Part shown: one piece after another, positions 57,691 to 64,000 of the stretch
How the letters are laid out: each line of letters opens with the position of its first letter
Position numbering within the stretch: the stretch's first letter is position 1
Source: Candidatus Thorarchaeota archaeon
GTDB lineage: Archaea > Asgardarchaeota > Thorarchaeia > Thorarchaeales > Thorarchaeaceae
Assembly (NCBI GenBank): GCA_048882325.1
Contig: JBHLRS010000003.1
Span: 32,001-96,000 of the forward strand
Length of the DNA: 64,000 nucleotides
Direction of reading: 5' to 3'
Made by a program: the position numbers and the translations under genes
Notes under the pieces: generated by a model
The model's database searches: none
Told to the model about the DNA's origin: nothing
What the model saw: only the letters and a program-made list of their open reading frames with translations

Positions 57691-58068
57691 ATGAACTACT
57701 CTGAATTGAAGTCGAGGTGCAGAGATGCAATGACATGTTCTGCCAGTGAAGAAAATGAGGAAATGTCTTCAGTCCTTTGTCAAAACGATTGGGTTCGGAT
57801 ACTCACAGTTCGTGATTCTGACACTATTGGTCTATGGAGAATTGAGGTGGAGGTTTCGCTTCCTTTTCAAAAAGATCCTGTGTCTGGAAAGAATGTAAAA
57901 CACTTTGTTCAAGACCTCATCACACATCTTGAGTATCTTCTTAGACTTGACAATGAAGGATTGACACTGGGAGTGCTATCCCGTGATGGTCTTTGGACTG
58001 CATCTCTCGAAATTGATGACCTACCAGAAGACAATCTGTTCAAAGCGCTCATACCTCCTTATGTGTAA
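57691..58068 (+). CDS. Hypothetical protein
   Basis: 125-aa ORF with GAGG SD; fills the gap. Confidence 0.65.
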   Translation: MNYSELKSRCRDAMTCSASEENEEMSSVLCQNDWVRILTVRDSDTIGLWRIEVEVSLPFQKDPVSGKNVKHFVQDLITHLEYLLRLDNEGLTLGVLSRDGLWTASLEIDDLPEDNLFKALIPPYV

Positions 58069-58142
58069 CTGATTTTTCCTATCTAGCGAGTTTTTTATGA
58101 GGGCTGCATTCATGGAATAGTATATCCATTGGTTGTGTTTCC

Positions 58143-60164
58143 ATGAGTTTCGACATATCAAAAGGGATGACTATCAAGCTCTCTTCCGGGCTTCCACCAG
58201 AACCTGTTTTTGATCCACAATATCGCAGAGCCCCAAATCGAGGGTATGACCTATCACCAGCTGAAACTGTTGTGGCAGTAAAGAATGCACTTCGATATGT
58301 ACCTAAGAGTCTTCATGAAACTCTTGCTCCGGAGTTTCTAGAAGAACTTATGACTCGAGGTCGAATCTACGGCTATCGATATCGTCCCGCTGGACTAATC
58401 AAAGCAAAATCCATCGATGAGTACAAGGGCATACTAGAAGCTCGAGCGCTGCAATTGATGATTGACAACAACCTAGATTATGATGTTGCTTTATATCCTT
58501 ACGAACTTGTGACGTACGGTGAGAGTGGTCAGGTATGTCAGAACTGGATGCAATATCGATTGATTATGAAATATCTTGAAACGATGACAGACGACCAGAC
58601 GCTAGTAGTCAGCTCGGGGCATCCCGTAGGTCTATTCCCCTCACATAGGAATGCACCGCGGGCTATATGCACAAATGGACTCATGGTTGGGATGTTTGAT
58701 ACACTTGAAGGGTTTCACCATGCTGCAGCTATGGGTGTTGCAAACTATGGTCAGATGACTGCAGGTGGTTGGATGTACATAGGCCCTCAAGGAATAGTCC
58801 ATGGAACCTACATCACGCTTCTGAATGCAGGACGCATGTATCTAGGAATTCCTGATGGTAGAGATTTAAGTGGAAAAGTGTTCCTGACATCTGGACTTGG
58901 TGGGATGAGTGGCGCCCAGGCTAAGGCTGTGGAAATAGCTGGAGGAATTGGTATCATTGCGGAGGTTGACAAGAGTCGTATCAACACACGCAGCGAACAA
59001 GGTTGGTTAAGTAAATTCTCCTCGGACCTAGATGAGATCTTTAGTTGGGTGGAGGAGTATCGATCAAGCAGTGATCCGGTTTCTATTGGTTACTATGGTA
59101 ATGTAGTTGACCTGTGGGAGTATGTGGTGAAGAACGGAATCAAGATTGAACTGGCATCAGATCAAACCTCCTGCCATGATGTCTATGGTGGAGGATATAC
59201 ACCACAGGGAGTGTCATTTGAAGAGGGCCGAGAACTGCTTCGAACAGATAGAACACGGTTTGATGAACTTGTCAACCAGTCCCTCCGCAGGCAGTTCGAA
59301 CTCATAGAAACAATGACCAAGCAGGGGACCCACTTCTGGGACTATGGGAACAGCTTCATGAAGGCTGTCTTCGATGCTGGTGTGAAAAGAATCGCAAAGA
59401 ATGGAGAAACCACATCTGATGGATTCATCTTTCCATCCTATGTTGAGGATATCATGGGACCACTTTGCTTTGACTTTGGCTATGGCCCCTTCAGGTGGGT
59501 ATGCCTTAGTGGGAATCACGAGGATCTAGTGGCAACTGACAAGATGGCAATGTCACGAATCAATCCCGACCGCCGAGGTCAAGACAGAGATAACTACATC
59601 TGGATTAGGGATGCTGAGAAGAACGAGTTAGTGGTCGGCTCTCAAGCCCGTATTCTATATGCAGATGCCTTAGGTCGGGTAGATATCGCACTGTCGTTCA
59701 ACAAGTTGGTCAGAGAGAAGAAGGTTGGTCCCATTATGTTGGGCAGAGACCATCATGACACAGGAGGTACCGACTCACCCTTCAGAGAGACCGCCAACAT
59801 TCGAGATGGTAGTAACGTCATGAGCGACATGGCCCATCAATCTTGGGCTGGGAATGCTGCTCGTGGGATGACACTTTGTGTTCTGTCAAATGGCGGTGGT
59901 GTCGGAACAGGGAAAGCAATCAATGGTGGATTTGGTCTGGTGCTTGATGGTAGCGAGCGAGTCGATAAGATCATCCAGTCTGCTCTTGATTGGGATGTGA
60001 TGGGAGGCGTCGCACGTCGTGCGTGGGCTAGGAATGAAAATGCAATTGAAACTGCCATAGATTGGAACAAACGCCTTGGGCCGAACGGGCAAATCTCGCT
60101 TCCCTTTCTCTCAGAGAAGGGTTTAGTAGAGCGTCTAGTTGAGGAAGCACTCAAAGAGGTATGA
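58143..60164 (+). CDS. hutU: Urocanate hydratase (long form)
   Basis: NNLD..VA..P.EL.TYG, YGQMTAG.W.YIGPQGIVHGT, GLGGMSGAQ, GRDHHD. Confidence 0.96.
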   Translation: MSFDISKGMTIKLSSGLPPEPVFDPQYRRAPNRGYDLSPAETVVAVKNALRYVPKSLHETLAPEFLEELMTRGRIYGYRYRPAGLIKAKSIDEYKGILEARALQLMIDNNLDYDVALYPYELVTYGESGQVCQNWMQYRLIMKYLETMTDDQTLVVSSGHPVGLFPSHRNAPRAICTNGLMVGMFDTLEGFHHAAAMGVANYGQMTAGGWMYIGPQGIVHGTYITLLNAGRMYLGIPDGRDLSGKVFLTSGLGGMSGAQAKAVEIAGGIGIIAEVDKSRINTRSEQGWLSKFSSDLDEIFSWVEEYRSSSDPVSIGYYGNVVDLWEYVVKNGIKIELASDQTSCHDVYGGGYTPQGVSFEEGRELLRTDRTRFDELVNQSLRRQFELIETMTKQGTHFWDYGNSFMKAVFDAGVKRIAKNGETTSDGFIFPSYVEDIMGPLCFDFGYGPFRWVCLSGNHEDLVATDKMAMSRINPDRRGQDRDNYIWIRDAEKNELVVGSQARILYADALGRVDIALSFNKLVREKKVGPIMLGRDHHDTGGTDSPFRETANIRDGSNVMSDMAHQSWAGNAARGMTLCVLSNGGGVGTGKAINGGFGLVLDGSERVDKIIQSALDWDVMGGVARRAWARNENAIETAIDWNKRLGPNGQISLPFLSEKGLVERLVEEALKEV

Positions 60165-60168
60165 TATT

Positions 60169-61701
60169 ATGCCAGTCATGATTGACGGTGAGAGTCTCAC
60201 AATCGAAGATGTTGTGCAGGTGGCAAGACATAACGAACCAGTCATTCTGGACGACGAAGCTATCCCCCGAATCAAGAGCAGTAGGGCAGTCGTGGAAACT
60301 GCCATCAAAGAGGGAGAAGTAGTCTATGGTGTCAATACTGGTTTTGGAGACCTCTCAGATGTACCAGTAAACAAAGTGGATTTAGCTCGCTTGCAGGTGA
60401 ATCTGATTCGCAGCCACAGTGCAGGAGTTGGACCTCCCTTTTCAAAGGAAGTTGTCAGAGGAATGATGCTTCTACGAGCTAATGCATTGGCAAAAGGCTA
60501 CTCTGGCGTTCGTGTGGAGGTCATCGAAACCCTCATCGAGATGTTGAACAAGGATGTAGTTCCAGTCATACCTCAGCAGGGATCAGTTGGATCTAGTGGC
60601 GATCTTGCACCCTTGGCACATATGGCACTTGTTCTTATTGGTGAGGGTGAGGCCTACATTTCGGGCAAGGTTCTCAGTGGCAAAGAGGCTCTAAACAAGG
60701 CTAAAATCAAACCGCTTGTATTGCAAGCGAAGGAGGGTGTGGCATTGATCAACGGCACACAGCCAATGAGTGCAGTTGGGACTCTCGCTGTTCATGATGC
60801 TTTGAATTTGGTTCTTGATGCAACCATCGCATCCTCCATGAGTCTTGAAGCACTGCGTGGGACTCGAGTGGCTGCAGATGAAAGGATTCATTCTACTAGA
60901 CCTCACGAGGGACAGACTGATGTGGCCAGGGCTCAGAGGAAGATACTCCTGGACAGTGAGATTAACCAATCACATGCAGATTGTGGAAAAGTACAAGATG
61001 CGTACTCACTACGCTGTATCCCACAGGTTCTAGGTGCATCATTGGATGCGATACGCTACGTATATAGTGTTCTGGAGGTAGAAATTAATGCGGCAACAGA
61101 CAATCCTCTAGTGTTTGGTGCTGACGGAGTTGTCTTGTCTGGAGGAAACTTTCATGGTCAACCTATCGCACTCGCTATGGACTTTCTAGGAATTGCAGTG
61201 TCTGAGATAGCAAGTATATCAGAAAGGAGAGTCAATCGTCTCGTCAATCCAAACTTGAGTGAACTACCTGCTTTTCTTACTACTGAAGGTGGGTTGGAAT
61301 CTGGCATGATGATTGCTCAATATACTGCTGCTGCGCTCGTTTCAGAGAACAAGATACTAGCCCATCCAGCAAGTGTTGATTCCATTCCTACTAGTGCTGA
61401 TCAAGAGGATCACGTAAGCATGGGAACAATAGCCGCACGCAAGGCTGCGAACATACTCGAAAATGCACAGAATGTTGTCGCAATCGAATACATGTGTGCA
61501 AGTCAGGGCCTAGATTATCTTGCTCCATTACAACCATCAGAGCCTCTTGGCGAAGCTTTCAAGGTTATCCGGACCGCTGTACCCAAGTTAGAAGATGATC
61601 GCTCCTTAGCTCCTGACATCAGTAAGATTCGAGACCTGATGCTTGCAGGGGCCATCGCAGGTTCAGTTGAGTCAATCACTGGTCCTCTGTTTGAGAATTA
61701 A
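60169..61701 (+). CDS. hutH: Histidine ammonia-lyase
   Basis: YGVNTGFG, RSHSAG, GSSGDLAP (MIO triad SSG), QDAYSLRC, GGNFHG, EDHVSMG. Confidence 0.95.
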   Translation: MPVMIDGESLTIEDVVQVARHNEPVILDDEAIPRIKSSRAVVETAIKEGEVVYGVNTGFGDLSDVPVNKVDLARLQVNLIRSHSAGVGPPFSKEVVRGMMLLRANALAKGYSGVRVEVIETLIEMLNKDVVPVIPQQGSVGSSGDLAPLAHMALVLIGEGEAYISGKVLSGKEALNKAKIKPLVLQAKEGVALINGTQPMSAVGTLAVHDALNLVLDATIASSMSLEALRGTRVAADERIHSTRPHEGQTDVARAQRKILLDSEINQSHADCGKVQDAYSLRCIPQVLGASLDAIRYVYSVLEVEINAATDNPLVFGADGVVLSGGNFHGQPIALAMDFLGIAVSEIASISERRVNRLVNPNLSELPAFLTTEGGLESGMMIAQYTAAALVSENKILAHPASVDSIPTSADQEDHVSMGTIAARKAANILENAQNVVAIEYMCASQGLDYLAPLQPSEPLGEAFKVIRTAVPKLEDDRSLAPDISKIRDLMLAGAIAGSVESITGPLFEN

Positions 61702-62963
61702 GGTCCAAGCCTTGTATGAATCACCTGCCCATTGGAAATCACTGTGTGAACAAGATTTACCCCAAATCTCCAGGTGAGAAATTCAGGATTGGGACAGTCG
61801 AGAATGAGAATGTCCGCGGTTTTCCCAACCTCGATACTCCCATAACTTGAACCTCGATCCAATGCATGCGCTGCGTTGATTGTGACGGCAGAAAGAGCTT
61901 CTCTTGGTTTCATTTTCATTTTGTAGCATGCGAGTGCAATTGTGAAAAATAACGACTCGTTTGCGCAATTGGGATTGAAATCAGTGGCTAATGCAACGGG
62001 AAGTCCCATATCAATCATCTTGCGTGCGTCAGCATAATTAGTGTCCAAACTGAATGCCGTTGCAGGTAGTAATGTGGCAATCGTTCCAGCTTTCAACATA
62101 TCTTCTAACCCATCATCTGATGCCATTAATAGATGGTCGGCTGAAACAGCACCAACCTCTGCAGCAAGAGATGCACCCCCCAGTTGAACAATCTCATCAG
62201 CATGAACCTTGAGCTTCATTCCTTCCTCTTTTGCAGCCAAAAGGATGCTCCGAGACTGTTCAACATCGAACACACCCTGCTCACAGAACACATCGCAAAA
62301 CTCCGCAAGTCCGCTCTCCGCCACATCTGGCATCATCTCATCAGTAACCAGACTAACATAAGCATCAGTCTTTCCATCATACTCTGGAGGGACTGCATGA
62401 GCACCCATGAAGGTTGATACAAAATTGATAGGTAGTTTTTCACGTAGCTCATTCACCGCTCTGAGCATCTTCAGTTCATTCTCATTGTCGAGACCATAAC
62501 CACTCTTTACTTCTATTGTAGTACTTCCCATGCTTAGCATTCCTTCTGCATAGGAAAATGCATTCCTGACCAACTCATCTTGGCTCGCTGTTCTTGTTGA
62601 ACGTAGAGTACTTAGAATCCCCCCACCAGCCTCAAGAATCTCAATATAGGATTTTCCAGCCAACTTCATCGCAAAGTCATTCTCTCGAGACCCTCCAAAT
62701 GCAAGATGTGTATGGCTGTCAATGAAACCCGGTGTAGCAAGCATTCCAGGAAACTCCATTACTGGGAATCTCGGTTCCTCAGTCATCAGTGCAAGTATAT
62801 CCTTAGTAGGTCCGACTGCCATAATTTTGTCATTTTTGATTGCAATGGCGCCGTTTTCAATGATTGAAATCTCATTCAACTGTTCTCCAGTCTTTGGAGC
62901 ATTGCTATACCCTTCCAGAGTTGCAATTTGTCCTATATTTGTGAGGAGGAGGTCTGGTTTCAT
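61698..62963 (-). CDS. hutI: Imidazolonepropionase
   Basis: PGFIDSHTH, GGGI..T, EVKSGYGL, DVFCE, HADE, SADHL, ATDFNP. Confidence 0.95.
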   Translation of the reverse strand: MKPDLLLTNIGQIATLEGYSNAPKTGEQLNEISIIENGAIAIKNDKIMAVGPTKDILALMTEEPRFPVMEFPGMLATPGFIDSHTHLAFGGSRENDFAMKLAGKSYIEILEAGGGILSTLRSTRTASQDELVRNAFSYAEGMLSMGSTTIEVKSGYGLDNENELKMLRAVNELREKLPINFVSTFMGAHAVPPEYDGKTDAYVSLVTDEMMPDVAESGLAEFCDVFCEQGVFDVEQSRSILLAAKEEGMKLKVHADEIVQLGGASLAAEVGAVSADHLLMASDDGLEDMLKAGTIATLLPATAFSLDTNYADARKMIDMGLPVALATDFNPNCANESLFFTIALACYKMKMKPREALSAVTINAAHALDRGSSYGSIEVGKTADILILDCPNPEFLTWRFGVNLVHTVISNGQVIHTRLGP

Positions 62964-63078
62964 TCTGGTCACACAATCATAAGATACGGACTATCTGATT
63001 TAGATTATGCTTCAACGAATCAGACGGATTAATTAGGGTTGACCCCTCGAAACCCACAAGGCAGTACAGGAGCACTAA

Positions 63079-63663
63079 ATGATGGACTATTTAATTCTTA
63101 GCTGGAGCGATGTTTACAACCTGACTCTCCAACTCTCAGAAAGAATTGTGGATAGTGGATTCGTTCCTGATGTCATTGTAGGAATTGCGAGAGGGGGCTG
63201 GATTCCAGCACGAATACTCTCAGATGTTCTCTATGCAAATACTCTACAGAACATCCGTATAGAGTACTATACTGATGTAGGTGCAAAAGGGAAAGAGCCT
63301 AGAATTACTCAACCCCTCACAGGGTCAATGAAGAACAAAACTATGCTTTTGGTAGATGAGGTTTCAGATACCGGAGATACACTGTCCCACGCTATCGAGC
63401 ATGTGAAAGAGCTTGGGGTTTCCGAGGTACGATCGGCAGTACTCCACTACAAACCTACATCAATTGTGAAACCTGACTATTTTATGGTCGAAACAACAAG
63501 CTGGACAGTTTATCCATGGGAGAATCGTGCATCAATAATTGATCTCGTCAAAATCTTCAAGAAAGAAGATGAGTCACTCACTATGAAGCAAATTCGTGAT
63601 AAACTAGTGTTCGAGGTTGGATTCGAACCAACAGTTGCAGATTACTTCATCAAGCGTTTATGA
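63079..63663 (+). CDS. Type I phosphoribosyltransferase (purine PRT-like)
   Basis: IARGGWIPA, LVDEVSDTGDT, W.VYPWE. Confidence 0.9.
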   Translation: MMDYLILSWSDVYNLTLQLSERIVDSGFVPDVIVGIARGGWIPARILSDVLYANTLQNIRIEYYTDVGAKGKEPRITQPLTGSMKNKTMLLVDEVSDTGDTLSHAIEHVKELGVSEVRSAVLHYKPTSIVKPDYFMVETTSWTVYPWENRASIIDLVKIFKKEDESLTMKQIRDKLVFEVGFEPTVADYFIKRL

Positions 63664-63678
63664 AGTGAGGTTAACCCA

Positions 63679-64000
63679 TTGCGGATCGTGCAGATAGGGA
63701 GTGAAGATGAAAAGAAGATTGTTGGCATCACTGAGGTTCAGAATCTGAGGGGACTCAACCAGAAGGAGTTGATAGACCTTGCCGCCTCCCAATCAGGTGA
63801 TCACCTCACAGTGCAACTTCTCAATGGACTGTTAATCGCTGATGAAATACACCTGCTTTCTGCTGCACAGAACGCCATAAATGCGCAAAATGGGAATTAC
63901 ATGCTCTCTAGGAGTTTAGATGTGGAAATCATTGTATTTGCTTCGACACAGCGACAAATAGGAAGGGCTCTCGACACTCTGGGAGTCTATGATGGTCTTG
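63679..64000 (+). CDS. cgi121: KEOPS subunit Cgi121, 3' truncated by the window end
   Basis: Hand translation: VQLLN...HL..AA.NA...SRSLDVEII.FASTQRQI.RAL..LG; GAGGT SD before TTG. Confidence 0.85.
   Translation, partial: MRIVQIGSEDEKKIVGITEVQNLRGLNQKELIDLAASQSGDHLTVQLLNGLLIADEIHLLSAAQNAINAQNGNYMLSRSLDVEIIVFASTQRQIGRALDTLGVYDGL

Noticed and set aside
916-62982. Many short antisense or out-of-frame ORFs in the track
   Set aside because: They lie inside well-supported genes and show no family motifs; treated as shadow ORFs.

Overview
Archaeal chromosomal window with roughly 65 densely packed CDS. Gene content and style (exosome/proteasome superoperon, many Hdr paralogues, a WD40 protein, acidic tails, frequent TTG/GTG starts) suggest an Asgard archaeon, probably Thorarchaeia; this is inference, as no marker search was run. 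Left half (1-29 kb) is anaerobic redox metabolism: a 2-hydroxyacyl-CoA dehydratase / benzoyl-CoA reductase-like trio, a 2-oxoacid:ferredoxin oxidoreductase operon split by a three-gene block, three HdrBC pairs, and two giant tandem HdrA flavoproteins (one fused to MvhD). In both HdrAs the second FAD module appears to lack the Lys associated with electron bifurcation. The middle holds an ABC-2 exporter, a dehydrogenase/FGGY kinase/class II aldolase/AOR operon and a NikR-type regulated metal ABC importer. The right part holds the psmA-SBDS-rrp4-rrp41-rrp42-rpl37ae-Brix-pcc1-pfdB superoperon, an ECF module, a WD40 protein, paired wHTH regulators, hutU/H/I, a PRTase and a partial cgi121. I saw no tRNA, rRNA, CRISPR array or transposase. 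Best leads: the asymmetric single-chain HdrA pseudo-dimers with three HdrBC partners, the YoaD/YoaC-like plus aldolase plus AOR pathway, a structured leader before psmA, an unannotated 44-aa ORF, a WD40 gene needing an ATT start, and an acidic surface protein with motifs like eukaryotic SAARP/ComC-type domains.
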